Source: Spirochaetota bacterium (lineage in GTDB: Bacteria; Spirochaetota; UBA4802; UBA5550). From it: a DNA stretch of 64,000 nt. The stretch is taken from contig CAXXHB010000003.1 in the NCBI GenBank assembly GCA_963664815.2, positions 96,001 to 160,000 of the forward strand. Reading direction: 5' to 3'. The position numbers were made by a program, and so were the translations under genes. The notes under the pieces were generated by a model, which saw nothing but the letters and a program-made list of their open reading frames with translations, did not search any database and had not been told where the DNA came from. Positions 8,917 through 19,396 of the stretch are shown piece after piece; position 1 is the stretch's first letter; every line of letters begins with the position of its first letter.

Positions 8917-10497
8917 TTATGGATGAATATAATTCATCGGATCAATTGCTTCCTCATTAACCCTTATTTCAAAATGAAGGTGGCAGCCATATGAATTTCC
9001 CGTGTTGCCGACGCGGCCGATTTTTTCACCTGCTTTAACCTTCTTCCCTTCGGTTGTATTTACTTCGCTGAGATGGCCATAAATTATTCTTGTGCCATCT
9101 TTAGTTTCAACGATTACATGAGATCCGTAACCGCAGGTTCCGCAGGTTCTGTTATCGATTACGGTTCGTATAACAGTTCCGTCAGTAGAGGAATGAACTT
9201 CCGTGCCTAGTGGTGCAGCCAGATCAATCCCGGAATGCATATTTGCCTTACCGTTTAACAGCCTCTTGCCGAATTTACTTGATATAAAATAAGTGCCTGC
9301 ATCTAAAGGTATCTGGAATAAATTATTTATATCGTCACCCTCTTCAAATGCATTTTTATCTTTTGACAGAAATGCTCCGAAGACCCAGCCGTCGTAATCC
9401 AGGTATTTGATTTTTACCCATTTCGATTTTTTACCGGCGAGTGTTACTTCTTCACTTTCAATCTCTGTCACTTTGACTTTTTCCTTATTCTGAAGGCTGA
9501 ACAGTACAGTGCTGAGGTCATCCGGGGCATCCCGCACCCTGAGAATATCCGGTTTTACGTAGAGATCGGCTCCCTTGTTGAGATATGAGGTAAAATCCGC
9601 GCCTGCTCCATCTCCTCCGCTGCCGCTGACTTCAGTCAGATAATATCCAAAAACCCATCCAGTGATGTCGTTTTTCCTGATTTTTGCCCATTTTGAACTT
9701 TTTCCTTCGTAGACATCTGAATGTGATGAATATTCGATAACTTCAACGGTTTCGTTTTTATTGAGGCTGTAAATTGTTTCACTGTCAAGAGAGGGCTCGG
9801 ATCTCACCTTGAGAATTGATGTGTTGACTTTCATGTTTTTCGGGAGGGAGGAATCATCTCCGGAGTATTGTGTAAGAATAAGAAGCCCTTCATTTTCCCG
9901 CGGATTTAAGCTGTCGCGGAAAGAGCAGTTGACTGATGGAGCGTCAGTGTCATAAATAAGCCCCGATTTTTTCCAGGAACCGGAAGGTTTTTTATTGAGT
10001 ATAAGGTTCAGTGGAATATATCCCTCTGTTCCGTCACCTTTTCTTATCAGAAGCCAGTCTTTTGTTATGCTCCTGTAGTTTTTATCTTTCTTTACATCAG
10101 GCTTCATCAATACCAGAACTTTATCACCCCTTGATACAGAGGCTGTGAATTCTTTTATGCTGTCATATGGGAGAGATCTCAGTTTGTAGCTGTCAGCTGC
10201 AAATGCATAATATTCGTTCGGCTTTTTAACTTTAGAGGAGGTGTTTTGTTCATCGATATCATCAGTTTTATCAGGATTAATTGGCATTTTGAGTTTCAGA
10301 TCGGGGGAAAAGTTTTTTACTTTCTCCTGAAAATCTGTAAATTTTTTAAGTATTTTTGCTCTTCTCTCTTCATCTTTTTTAATAATTTCATTCTGAAGAA
10401 GTTTATTTTTTTCTGAAATTTTTTCAGGAGAATTCTCTGCAGAAAGGGTATAAAAAGGGAATAAAAGTATTAACGTTATAAAAGCGTATTTTTTCAT
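8917..10497 (-). CDS. Exported M23 zinc metalloendopeptidase with three SH3b-like domains
   Basis: Signal peptide MKKYAFITL (start reassigned to ATG 10497); three LxxRxxP...G(W/Y)(V/I) segments; HSGID (HxxxD), YGHL and HLH motifs. Confidence 0.92.
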   Translation of the reverse strand: MKKYAFITLILLFPFYTLSAENSPEKISEKNKLLQNEIIKKDEERRAKILKKFTDFQEKVKNFSPDLKLKMPINPDKTDDIDEQNTSSKVKKPNEYYAFAADSYKLRSLPYDSIKEFTASVSRGDKVLVLMKPDVKKDKNYRSITKDWLLIRKGDGTEGYIPLNLILNKKPSGSWKKSGLIYDTDAPSVNCSFRDSLNPRENEGLLILTQYSGDDSSLPKNMKVNTSILKVRSEPSLDSETIYSLNKNETVEVIEYSSHSDVYEGKSSKWAKIRKNDITGWVFGYYLTEVSGSGGDGAGADFTSYLNKGADLYVKPDILRVRDAPDDLSTVLFSLQNKEKVKVTEIESEEVTLAGKKSKWVKIKYLDYDGWVFGAFLSKDKNAFEEGDDINNLFQIPLDAGTYFISSKFGKRLLNGKANMHSGIDLAAPLGTEVHSSTDGTVIRTVIDNRTCGTCGYGSHVIVETKDGTRIIYGHLSEVNTTEGKKVKAGEKIGRVGNTGNSYGCHLHFEIRVNEEAIDPMNYIHP

Positions 10498-10722
10498 ATT
10501 CACCACTCGCAAAATTTAGTAATATAATTTACTCAATAAAGAATAGAAAAGTCAAATCTATTTATTGTGTCTAATTTAATCTTCTTTAAAAACCTCCAGT
10601 GGCGCTCTTCTCAGTTTTAAATTTAAATAAACTTGACTGACAGGTGATTTACTGCTGATATTGACGGAGATATTTAACAGTAATGTAATTTTTTATTATT
10701 TTTTTTTATAAGGATATAGCTG

Positions 10723-11202
10723 ATGAAACTTACAAATGAGCAGATACTGGCCATGTCGCAATATTCCTTTGTACGGATGGACGGGGCATGGTTTATGGGT
10801 GTTGCAAAAAAGTTTGGTATTGACGCTGCGTGGGAAATGGATATTGAGGCATGGAAACAGTTTTCATACCTGCTGGGGAAAAAAATGCGTAGTGATTATA
10901 TTCCGGAACCGGAATGGCCCGTGAGCTTTATTGATGCTGTGGAGATATTCAGTACAATTGTTAAAATGGAGGGGCGCAGCGTGCTGGTTGAAGGCAACTC
11001 TGTTATAGTAAGAGTAACAGATTGTGAGACACAAAAAGCAATTGCCAAAGCCGGAATTGCTGATTGCGGGATAGTAACAGTGGAGTCATACAAAAATCTT
11101 GTACGGGGACTTTTTCAGAAAGATATAGAGATTGACGTGGTCCACGCAAAAAACCTGAATCATAATGCCGATTGCTGTGAAGTAGTTATTACAAAGAAAT
11201 AG
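10723..11202 (+). CDS. DUF6125-like / V4R-like small Cys-containing protein
   Basis: DGAWFMGVAKKFGIDAAWEMD N-terminus; Cys in DCETQ, DCG and DCCE; AAGGA RBS. Confidence 0.6.
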   Translation: MKLTNEQILAMSQYSFVRMDGAWFMGVAKKFGIDAAWEMDIEAWKQFSYLLGKKMRSDYIPEPEWPVSFIDAVEIFSTIVKMEGRSVLVEGNSVIVRVTDCETQKAIAKAGIADCGIVTVESYKNLVRGLFQKDIEIDVVHAKNLNHNADCCEVVITKK

Positions 11203-11254
11203 TTTCAGGAATCTGTTTTATACAACTCAATTTATTAGTATGAAAATAATGCGG

Positions 11255-12172
11255 TCAGGTTATTTTTTTGGCCCGTTTTTTTATTTCAGAACTTCTTCTG
11301 CGCCTGACTATGAAAAGTCCATATCTTCCGTAGAGATTAAACAGATTTAGTGCCGCCGGGGCTATTTTTTCAAGCAGAGGTGTTAAATAAGTTATACTGA
11401 CTAACTTTCTGTAAAAACTATCAAAATTTTCAGCGGTAAAGGTAATGCTGCTGCCATTGTGTTTTAAGCCCCATCTCGCTGCAGTTTTTTCTGCGGCATT
11501 TGCTCCATCGCGCATCTGTAGTTCAATGTTAAATGGCGGATGCATTGTGTAAGGTGCTGTTTTTGTATTGTCTAATGAATCAGCTGCTGCAGATGCAAGC
11601 GCACTTCTGCTTTTAATCTTATCAGTCTGGCCGGATTCATCTTTTATAACAGGGAATACATTAATCCCTCTGATATCCTCTTCGGCTTCCATGCATGCAA
11701 CAGGGCAGCCGGAAAAGAAAACAGGTTTGATAGAAAATCTGTAAAGGGAAGAAGCAAAAAGCTGAAGTTCGGATACTCTTTTATTGTTAACAAGAATCCG
11801 TTTGTATCTTGAAGTAAGGGTATGTGCAATGAATCCCCCTGACCCGGAAGATGCATGAAACCCTATAAACATCACAGCCTCAGAATCATATACCTCTCCA
11901 ATTCCCGGTACAGGACCTTCTTTATAACCGTGAATAATATCTGCTCTTTCATCAATCAGTTCCGGCAGAAGATTATAGCCGGTACGGTGAAAATCCCTGA
12001 CATAAACTTTATCCGCGCCTTTTTCAAATAGTTTAGTGACTATGAAGTCTATATCGAGGGACATCTCTATGCATGCGTCGTACCATGATGAAGTGTTGAA
12101 AGAGGATGCTTCGTACCCGGCGCAGCCTGTACTCCCTTCTATATCTGCTATGATTAAAATATTTTTATACAT
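11255..12172 (-). CDS. Peptidase M55 family (DppA-like D-aminopeptidase)
   Basis: ADIEG (DxEG), DFH, FIGFH, IAHT and SE motifs of M55; start reassigned to MYKNILI (ORF track start is 12214). Confidence 0.88.
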   Translation of the reverse strand: MYKNILIIADIEGSTGCAGYEASSFNTSSWYDACIEMSLDIDFIVTKLFEKGADKVYVRDFHRTGYNLLPELIDERADIIHGYKEGPVPGIGEVYDSEAVMFIGFHASSGSGGFIAHTLTSRYKRILVNNKRVSELQLFASSLYRFSIKPVFFSGCPVACMEAEEDIRGINVFPVIKDESGQTDKIKSRSALASAAADSLDNTKTAPYTMHPPFNIELQMRDGANAAEKTAARWGLKHNGSSITFTAENFDSFYRKLVSITYLTPLLEKIAPAALNLFNLYGRYGLFIVRRRRSSEIKKRAKKIT

Positions 12173-12476
12173 TGACTTATGACTTCCGGTAATGACAGTA
12201 TTAACTGATACCATTTATTTTACAAGTCAACAGTTTTACACTGTATCTGTTATGCATCGCTTGTCTTTGATATTGAGTAATCATTTAACTTAATTTACCC
12301 CGGGTTGAAGTATTATAAAATACTTTTATATCAGGGCGTGTTTTTTATGCTTGGAAAAAGTGATTTTGTGATTTTCATATTGCTGAGATTTTTTATGAGA
12401 TGAAAAAATAAAAAATTCTTGAAACGGAGCACTAATATTATAAATTGTAGTCAACTATGTTAAAAAGGATTATAAA

Positions 12477-13016
12477 ATGAGAAAACTGTTCTATCTGTTA
12501 CTCGCGGGAATATTTTCCCTGCAGATGATTTCCTGTAAAACTGTTACTGTTGAAGATATACGCTCGAAAATAAAAGAGGAAAATGAAGATTTTCTGAATC
12601 CTGATAAAAAGGCGACGGAAGTTTTCCGCGTACTTTTAACCTCTGATGAGTACAGGGTAGTACAGTTAAAAAATGAAAAGACAATGGAACGGGTTAAGGA
12701 TGAAGGTGGAGATAAATATATCTCAAGTGAAATCCAGAAGCTGGATATGATAGACGAGGTGAGAGTAGGTGTAATCAGTGTATGGCTGTATCCGGATTCC
12801 GGAAGAATTATGAAGATCAGATCTATGAGGCCTACATATTTCAAGGAGGTGGACAGCCTTCTTAATGATGATATTATGAGATGGAACCTGATCTTTCCCA
12901 AAAAGGTAGTTGAACCTACAAAATTTGATATTGTGTACCGTGTTGTTCTCTCCAAAAAGCAGAGTGACGAGGATATAATAAAGGCGGTTCAGGACAGAAT
13001 GAAAGAAGGAGATTGA
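12477..13016 (+). CDS. Lipoprotein with TonB C-terminal-like domain (resembles Leptospira LA_2219-type proteins)
   Basis: Lipobox MISC; GVISVWLYPDSGRIMKIRSMRPTYFKEVDSLLNDDIMRW resembles the TonB_C pattern. Confidence 0.55.
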   Translation: MRKLFYLLLAGIFSLQMISCKTVTVEDIRSKIKEENEDFLNPDKKATEVFRVLLTSDEYRVVQLKNEKTMERVKDEGGDKYISSEIQKLDMIDEVRVGVISVWLYPDSGRIMKIRSMRPTYFKEVDSLLNDDIMRWNLIFPKKVVEPTKFDIVYRVVLSKKQSDEDIIKAVQDRMKEGD

Positions 13017-13222
13017 TAGAAAGAAGGTAATTATATAGAAAGAAGGAGATTAATAAATATTCTGTTTTACAATATAACGCATGTCAGGGTCATTTATTAA
13101 TTAAAAAAAGTGTAACTATTACAGAGATAGATATCTAACTTTATAAAAATATAGTCTTATTTGCATACTACCCATTTTATCCTCAAATATTAACCCCCTG
13201 ATAAAAAGAGGAGATAAAAATT

Positions 13223-15802
13223 ATGAGAATGGATCGATTAACTCTCAGGGCGCAGGATGTTATCAACAGTGCGCAGAATATTGCTGCAGAGAACAACAGT
13301 GTTGAAATTCACCCTGAACATATTCTTAAGGCTGCAGCCGATCAGGATGGGGGAATCTTCAGTGCGATTGCCGAGAAACTCGGCGCGTCTTTAAAAGATG
13401 TTAAAAATGAAATAAACCAGCATATATCCTCTATGCCCAGGCAGACCGGCGGCGGTCCTGGCGGGGGTGCTCTTTCACCGAAGACAAGAGATCTGCTGAA
13501 TGAAGGGTGGAACCATGCCGTAAATCTCGGAGATCAATACCTGAGTACGGAACATCTTGTTCTTGCACTTTCAACCAGTGACAGCTCAAAGGCAAAACAT
13601 ATTCTCAATTCACACGGGTTTAATAAAGAGAGTATTCTGAGAGTCCTGATGGACGTCCGCGGCAACAAGAAAGCCGAGGATGAACATGCCGAGGATAAGT
13701 ATAACGCCCTTGCAAAGTACAGCCGTGATCTTACAGATTATGCAAGAATGAATAAGCTTGATCCGGTCATTGGCAGGGATGAGGAGATTCGCCGTGTTAT
13801 GCAGGTTCTCTCCCGCAGAACAAAGAATAATCCTGTACTTATCGGGGAGCCTGGAGTCGGGAAGACCGCTATCGTTGAGGGGCTTGCACAGAGAATAGTA
13901 CAGGGAGATGTTCCGGAAAGCCTTAAAAACAAAAGACTTATTGCACTGGACATGGGCGCGCTGATTGCGGGAGCGAAGTACAGGGGCGAGTTCGAGGAGA
14001 GACTTAAAAGCGTAGTGGAGGAGGTTGAGGAATCGGCCGGTGAAATAATACTTTTTATTGATGAGCTGCATACGTTGGTTGGCGCCGGTGCGGCTGAAGG
14101 ATCCATGGACGCATCAAACATGCTTAAACCTGCCCTTTCACGCGGTGCAATGCGGACAATTGGCGCCACGACTCTTTCTGAATACCAGAAATATATTGAA
14201 AAGGACAAAGCCCTTGAAAGGAGATTCCAGCCGGTATTTGCTACGGAACCGTCAGTTGAGGATACAATTGCCATACTGCGCGGACTTAAGGAGAAGTACG
14301 AGGTTCATCATGGTGTGAGAATATCGGACTCTGCATGTGTTGCAGCTGCAGTTCTCTCCAGCAGGTATATAACCGACCGCTTTCTTCCGGATAAGGCGGT
14401 TGATCTGATAGATGAAGCCGCATCTCTCATAAAAATGGAGATAGATTCAATGCCAACTGAGATTGATGAAATTGAGAGAAGAATACGGCAGCTTATGATA
14501 GAGAGCGAGGCGCTGAAGAAAGAAAAGGATACCGCTTCAAAGGAACGCCTTGATAAAATAGAGAGGGAACTGGCCGAGCTTAACGAAAGTAAAAATGTTC
14601 TCGTGGTACAGTGGCGCAAGGAAAAAGAGATTATAAAAAAAATCAGCAATGTCAAGGAAGCCATCGAACAGTACAGGATTGAAGAACAGCGGGCGGAGAG
14701 AGAGGGTAACCTCAATCGCGTTGCCGAGATAAGGTATGGTAAAATTGTTGAACTTGAAAAAGAGATAAATGAGCTGAACAGCAGGGCAGGGGAGATACAG
14801 GGTGAAAATTCCCTTCTGAAAGAGGAGGTCACAGACCAGGAGATTGCGGCGGTTGTTGCAAGGTGGACTGGTATCCCGGTAGCAAGAATGCTTGAGGGGG
14901 AGAAAGAGAAGCTTATAAATATGGAGAAGATAATCGAAAAACGTGTCATTGGTCAGAGAAAGGCTGTGGAGGCTATTTCAGGCGCGGTTAGAAGGTCACG
15001 TTCCGGCATACAGGATCCAAACAGGCCTGTGGGGACATTTATTTTTCTGGGACCTACCGGTGTTGGTAAAACTGAAACCGCGAAGGCCGTGGCGGAGTTT
15101 CTCTTTAACGACGAGAAGTCTGTTATACGAATAGATATGTCTGAATACATGGAAAAACATGCTGTAGCAAGGCTTATCGGCGCGCCTCCCGGATACGTGG
15201 GATACGAAGAGGGGGGGCAGCTCACAGAGGCTGTCAGAAGAAGACCCTATAGCGTAATTCTCTTTGATGAGATTGAGAAGGCCCACCATGATGTATTCAA
15301 TATATTCCTCCAGATACTTGACGAGGGGAGGCTTACCGATTCGAAAGGGCGTGTTGTGGATTTAAAGAACACTCTTATAATAATGACTTCGAATATCGGT
15401 ACTTCATATATAAGCGATCAGTCGATACCTGAAGAGAAGAGAATGGCCGGGATTGAGCAGGAATTGAAGATGAACTTCAAGCCTGAGTTCCTCAACAGAG
15501 TGGACGAGATTATTGTATTCAATCCTCTGACAAAAGAGAATATAGCAGACATAGTGAAGACTCAGCTTGCGGATGTTGCCCTGAGGCTCAAGGATAGGGG
15601 GCTTTTGCTTGAGATTACGCGAAGCGCCCTTGATTTCCTGGCGAAAGAGGGGTATGATCCTGCTTTCGGCGCAAGACCGCTTAAACGGGCGATACAGAAG
15701 TATATTCTGAATCCTCTGTCTGTAAAAATCCTTTCAGGTGATTTTAAAGAGAATTCCGCTATCAGGATGGATATAAAAGGGGGCGAACCTGTTTTTATAT
15801 GA
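13223..15802 (+). CDS. clpB: ATP-dependent disaggregase ClpB
   Basis: Clp N-domain, GEPGVGKT and GPTGVGKT Walker A motifs, coiled-coil M-domain, GYVG pore loop, GARPL; 859 aa; AGGAG RBS. Confidence 0.98.
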   Translation: MRMDRLTLRAQDVINSAQNIAAENNSVEIHPEHILKAAADQDGGIFSAIAEKLGASLKDVKNEINQHISSMPRQTGGGPGGGALSPKTRDLLNEGWNHAVNLGDQYLSTEHLVLALSTSDSSKAKHILNSHGFNKESILRVLMDVRGNKKAEDEHAEDKYNALAKYSRDLTDYARMNKLDPVIGRDEEIRRVMQVLSRRTKNNPVLIGEPGVGKTAIVEGLAQRIVQGDVPESLKNKRLIALDMGALIAGAKYRGEFEERLKSVVEEVEESAGEIILFIDELHTLVGAGAAEGSMDASNMLKPALSRGAMRTIGATTLSEYQKYIEKDKALERRFQPVFATEPSVEDTIAILRGLKEKYEVHHGVRISDSACVAAAVLSSRYITDRFLPDKAVDLIDEAASLIKMEIDSMPTEIDEIERRIRQLMIESEALKKEKDTASKERLDKIERELAELNESKNVLVVQWRKEKEIIKKISNVKEAIEQYRIEEQRAEREGNLNRVAEIRYGKIVELEKEINELNSRAGEIQGENSLLKEEVTDQEIAAVVARWTGIPVARMLEGEKEKLINMEKIIEKRVIGQRKAVEAISGAVRRSRSGIQDPNRPVGTFIFLGPTGVGKTETAKAVAEFLFNDEKSVIRIDMSEYMEKHAVARLIGAPPGYVGYEEGGQLTEAVRRRPYSVILFDEIEKAHHDVFNIFLQILDEGRLTDSKGRVVDLKNTLIIMTSNIGTSYISDQSIPEEKRMAGIEQELKMNFKPEFLNRVDEIIVFNPLTKENIADIVKTQLADVALRLKDRGLLLEITRSALDFLAKEGYDPAFGARPLKRAIQKYILNPLSVKILSGDFKENSAIRMDIKGGEPVFI

Positions 15803-15824
15803 AAAACGGGTTCTGCTTCTTTTC

Positions 15825-15859
15825 CTGCCGCTCTGATTTTTAAGTTATCAAAGCGGCAG
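15825..15859 (+). terminator. Stem-loop downstream of clpB, probable terminator
   Basis: CTGCCGCT...AGCGGCAG stem extended by TGAT/ATCA; weak U-tract. Confidence 0.5.
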
Positions 15860-15932
15860 AATTAAAAATCTTTCTTGAATTATTTATTTGCCTGCTGTAG
15901 ATTAAGACAGCGATCTGCTATTGAGGCACCTG

Positions 15933-16997
15933 ATGAAAAACAGACTTTTAATTATTATGCTGTTTGTACTCTTTTTTTCTGTGGACCTGTATGCATTGAC
16001 AGTTTCCGTTGATTTCGGCAATACAACACTTAATACGGTTTTGGCCCCAAAGGTTGCAACGGAGATATCAAACCAGATTGCAAAGTATGATAATATGCCT
16101 GAACTTGCAAAGGGTTTCGGAAATGCCAACACTTATGCCTCTCATGCCGCGACTTTAAGGGGATACCAGGGTTATGATCTTTTTGCCATATCCGGCGGAG
16201 CAATGCTTTCAGTCCAGGCTCCTGATAAAAACCCGAAGTTTTATAATGATCTCAAGGATAAACTTGATAACGGGGATGTTTATGCCGGTTTAGGAGGAAA
16301 TCCTGCGGTTGGGCAACTGGGTATTAATCTTGGATTTATTACAGACGGGCTTTACATCTCCTTTAAATTCGGAAAATTCAGTTATGGAATTGATCAATCT
16401 GACATTAAGATCGATTATAAATCCAGGCTTTATGGAGTTCTTGTAAACTACCAGTTCTTTGGAGAGGAGGCGATATTTAAACGTATTTTTTTATGGAGAG
16501 GCTTATCCGTTGAGTCAGGTTATATTTATTCAAATAACGTGGTTTCTTTCTATAAGGATATTGATGCAGTTACTGTCAGCAATGGTGGTTATACTGCAAC
16601 AGTAGATCCGTCTATAGATCTTGTTCTTGATACAAGATCAGGAGTTGTTCCTATAGAGGTTTATACATCAATAAGGTTTCTTTATGTGGCAAATATAGGT
16701 GTTGGCGGGGGTATAGATTTTGTCCCTCATGGAAGCACCAGTTTCAAACTTAAAAGTGCCGGAACTATATCGGTTACCGGCGATTCAGTTACCCCCGCTC
16801 CTGCAACCCTGGTTGGCACCAAAGGTTCAGTAACAATTGACGCAGGGACAAGAGATAAGGAGCCTGATTTCTGCAGACCCAAGCTTATGATAAATATGGG
16901 ATTAAGTGCAGGGCCGGTATTTATAGATATTCCTCTTGCCTATTATTTTACGGATAACGGTTATGCGGTTGGTGTTTCTGCCGGTTTTGCCTGGTAG
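15933..16997 (+). CDS. Spirochaetal outer-membrane/surface protein (Lsa36-like, probable beta-barrel)
   Basis: Signal peptide from ATG 15933; helical LAKGFGNANTYAS segment; amphipathic beta strands; C-terminal aromatic (VSAGFAW). Confidence 0.6.
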   Translation: MKNRLLIIMLFVLFFSVDLYALTVSVDFGNTTLNTVLAPKVATEISNQIAKYDNMPELAKGFGNANTYASHAATLRGYQGYDLFAISGGAMLSVQAPDKNPKFYNDLKDKLDNGDVYAGLGGNPAVGQLGINLGFITDGLYISFKFGKFSYGIDQSDIKIDYKSRLYGVLVNYQFFGEEAIFKRIFLWRGLSVESGYIYSNNVVSFYKDIDAVTVSNGGYTATVDPSIDLVLDTRSGVVPIEVYTSIRFLYVANIGVGGGIDFVPHGSTSFKLKSAGTISVTGDSVTPAPATLVGTKGSVTIDAGTRDKEPDFCRPKLMINMGLSAGPVFIDIPLAYYFTDNGYAVGVSAGFAW

Positions 16998-17127
16998 GAA
17001 ATATTTATTTTTTTCATAAACTCTTGACATTTTTTTATGCTTAATAATTGTTAATTTCTGTTAAATAAAAACCTTTATGGTAGTATTAAATATACTTTTC
17101 AAAGAACTCTGGGTAAAAAAATAATTT

Positions 17128-17146
17128 TTATGCTGACGCAGCATAA
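17128..17146. promoter_or_regulatory. Palindrome upstream of ferredoxin (operator or leader hairpin)
   Basis: TTATGCTG-ACG-CAGCATAA, perfect 8-bp arms. Confidence 0.45.
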
Positions 17147-17228
17147 GCTTATTCTTCCCATGGTGTAGTTGTTATATATTCCGGAGGGTTTTTAATTTAA
17201 TAAATTTTATTTTCTTCAGGAGGAAACT

Positions 17229-17402
17229 ATGGCTTACAAAATCGATAAAGATGCCTGTACAAATTGCGGTGCATGCGCTGCCGAGTGTCCGGTTGAAGCA
17301 ATAGCTGAAAAAGGCGACGTTCATGCAATTAACCCGGATGTATGTATTGACTGTGGTTCATGTGAAAGCGTTTGTCCTGCTGATGCCATCTCTGCGGGTT
17401 GA
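17229..17402 (+). CDS. 2[4Fe-4S] clostridial-type ferredoxin, 57 aa (not in ORF track)
   Basis: MAYKIDKDACTNCGACAAECPVEAIAEKGDVHAINPDVCIDCGSCESVCPADAISAG: two CxxCxxCxxxCP motifs; AGGAGG RBS. Confidence 0.97.
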   Translation: MAYKIDKDACTNCGACAAECPVEAIAEKGDVHAINPDVCIDCGSCESVCPADAISAG

Positions 17403-17415
17403 AATTGGAATTATT

Positions 17416-17459
17416 TCGCGGATAAAAAAACCGGTCTAAACCGGTTTTTTTATCCGCGA
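17416..17459. terminator. Bidirectional intrinsic terminator between convergent ferredoxin and ABC permease genes
   Basis: Perfect 20-bp arms TCGCGGATAAAAAAACCGGT / ACCGGTTTTTTTATCCGCGA around a 4-nt loop, with A7/T7 tracts. Confidence 0.9.
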
Positions 17460-17478
17460 TCTGTGAATTGGGATCAGA

Positions 17479-18726
17479 TCAGTTTTTATCCAGTTTCACT
17501 GCAAACATCCTTATTATTGCAGGAAGCGATGCTGCTACAGGAATTATAGTCCCGGCAGTTGTTATGGTTGCTATAGTAGCTGCGGATATGTCAAGAGTCA
17601 GTTTTACGCCGGGTATGCTTATTGATTGAAGTATATATATTTTTAAGTACTGGATTATAAAAATTCCACCCCATGATGCAAGAAAACCCATGAGCGCAAA
17701 TTTTATCAGGATTGTAAGAGCTATAAAAAATTTAGAGGCACCGAGAGTTCTCATTATACGGTAGTAATCAATTCTTCCCCATACGGCTGTAACTGAGCAT
17801 AATGCTGTTGTTACAACAGCGAGTATGGAAACAAGGGAAATCATAAGGGTTATAAAGGCATTTACTACTCTTTTAAGTTTCAGTATCTCTGAGGAGAGGC
17901 TTTCTCCTGTTTCAACAACATATCCCATCTTTTTAATACGGGTTTTGACATCTTCAAAGTATTTGTGATCTTTAACCTTGACCAGACTGAACATGTATCT
18001 TCCGCTTTTTTCAAACTTTTTATTTATCTCTTCCGCGGCTTTAAGTGGAATTACAAGCCCCATTATATTAACTTTATCTGTGTAGCCTGCAACAACAGAT
18101 GATGAATCATATGCTCCATCAATGCCCGCTACGCTTGAACGCCCGAAAGAGAGCTTGAATTTTAATCCAGAGAGTCTGTCGGGGACAATTTCAGGGAGTG
18201 CATTTGCCGCTGCGAGACCGTTGTTATATGAATCGATCAGAGCTTTCGGTACAAGCACAGGGATCCCCTTTTCATGAGTTCCCCTGATCCATGCCTGTTT
18301 CATCTCTTTGCTTTTAAGATCATTTTCAACAAAGCTGTAACTAGTTCCGGCGCAGATAAGATCAGTTTTATACTGAAACGAAAAGAAATATATTGTTGCC
18401 GATGTAGGAACAGTTACAGCCATTGCGGGATCAACCCTTTTAACACCGGGGATGTTCGTTATTCTGTTTATGGCGGTACTGTTCAGTTCTTTACCGGTAC
18501 CGGTGGAGAAAAGGAAGACACTTTTGCTTTCACCCGGCTTTACCTTTATTTCATCCGGAGGTATCGCCGAAGCAAAATTGTTTTTTATATAATTATTAAA
18601 ATTATCTGAAAGAATATTGAATGAAACTATAGCCGATACTGAGAGAAGTATTACGCAGAATACTATGAATGAGATGAACTTTCCGCCGGCGAGTTCCTTT
18701 TTTATAAGATATAATTTACTGAGCAT
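17479..18726 (-). CDS. ABC transporter permease, MacB/FtsX/LolE family
   Basis: One N-terminal TM, large periplasmic domain, three C-terminal TMs; IMRTLGAS motif. Confidence 0.85.
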   Translation of the reverse strand: MLSKLYLIKKELAGGKFISFIVFCVILLSVSAIVSFNILSDNFNNYIKNNFASAIPPDEIKVKPGESKSVFLFSTGTGKELNSTAINRITNIPGVKRVDPAMAVTVPTSATIYFFSFQYKTDLICAGTSYSFVENDLKSKEMKQAWIRGTHEKGIPVLVPKALIDSYNNGLAAANALPEIVPDRLSGLKFKLSFGRSSVAGIDGAYDSSSVVAGYTDKVNIMGLVIPLKAAEEINKKFEKSGRYMFSLVKVKDHKYFEDVKTRIKKMGYVVETGESLSSEILKLKRVVNAFITLMISLVSILAVVTTALCSVTAVWGRIDYYRIMRTLGASKFFIALTILIKFALMGFLASWGGIFIIQYLKIYILQSISIPGVKLTLDISAATIATITTAGTIIPVAASLPAIIRMFAVKLDKN

Positions 18727-19394
18727 TAAAGTTCTGTAAGTCTCCCTTTGTCCATTTTATATGATCTGTCCGCTTTTTTAAGCATATACTCCTTGTGAGT
18801 AACGATGATTATAGATTTTCCTTCGCGTTTAAGCATTTCAAGAAGTGAAAAAATTTCATTGGATGTTTCAATATCAAGATTTGCATCCGGTTCGTCGGCG
18901 AGTATCAGAGAAGGTCTGTTAACAATAGCGCGTGCTATTGCTACCCGCTGCTTCTGTCCGCCTGACAGGAGTCCCGCTTTTGTGTTCTGATATTCCGCTA
19001 TCCCCGCTTTCCCGAGAATTTCAACAGCGTAATTTCTCACGGCAGATCCCGCCTTTCCTTTTATACGGGCGGGCATCATCACATTTGACATGACAGTTTC
19101 ATCATCAAGAAGACGAAATGTCTGGAAAATCTGCCCGATCTCTCTGTTCCTTATTCTTGACATTGAAAAGTCTGAATAATATTTCAGCTTTTTTTCTCTG
19201 AAGTAAATCTGACCATTGTCCGGTTTTGTAATTCCGGTAATAATGTTGAGCAGTGTGGTTTTACCACAACCAGACCTTCCTGTAATAGCTATAATCTCTC
19301 CTTTGTCAAGTTCCAGAGAGAGGTCTCTGATCACGGGGATTTTTTCACCGGCAATCCTGTATGATTTATTGATGTTTTTAACTGATATTATCAT
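18726..19394 (-). CDS. ABC transporter ATP-binding protein (LolD/MacB-like)
   Basis: GRSGCGKTT Walker A, LSGGQKQR signature, LILADEP Walker B, VTH switch. Confidence 0.95.
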   Translation of the reverse strand: MIISVKNINKSYRIAGEKIPVIRDLSLELDKGEIIAITGRSGCGKTTLLNIITGITKPDNGQIYFREKKLKYYSDFSMSRIRNREIGQIFQTFRLLDDETVMSNVMMPARIKGKAGSAVRNYAVEILGKAGIAEYQNTKAGLLSGGQKQRVAIARAIVNRPSLILADEPDANLDIETSNEIFSLLEMLKREGKSIIIVTHKEYMLKKADRSYKMDKGRLTEL

Positions 19395-19396
19395 AA

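Noticed and set aside
13017-13222. Heat-shock operator upstream of clpB
   Set aside because: No CIRCE (TTAGCACTC-N9-GAGTGCTAA), CtsR or HAIR match visible.
13610-15289. Several long minus-strand ORFs (up to 213 aa) within clpB
   Set aside because: Antisense shadows typical of conserved, codon-biased genes.
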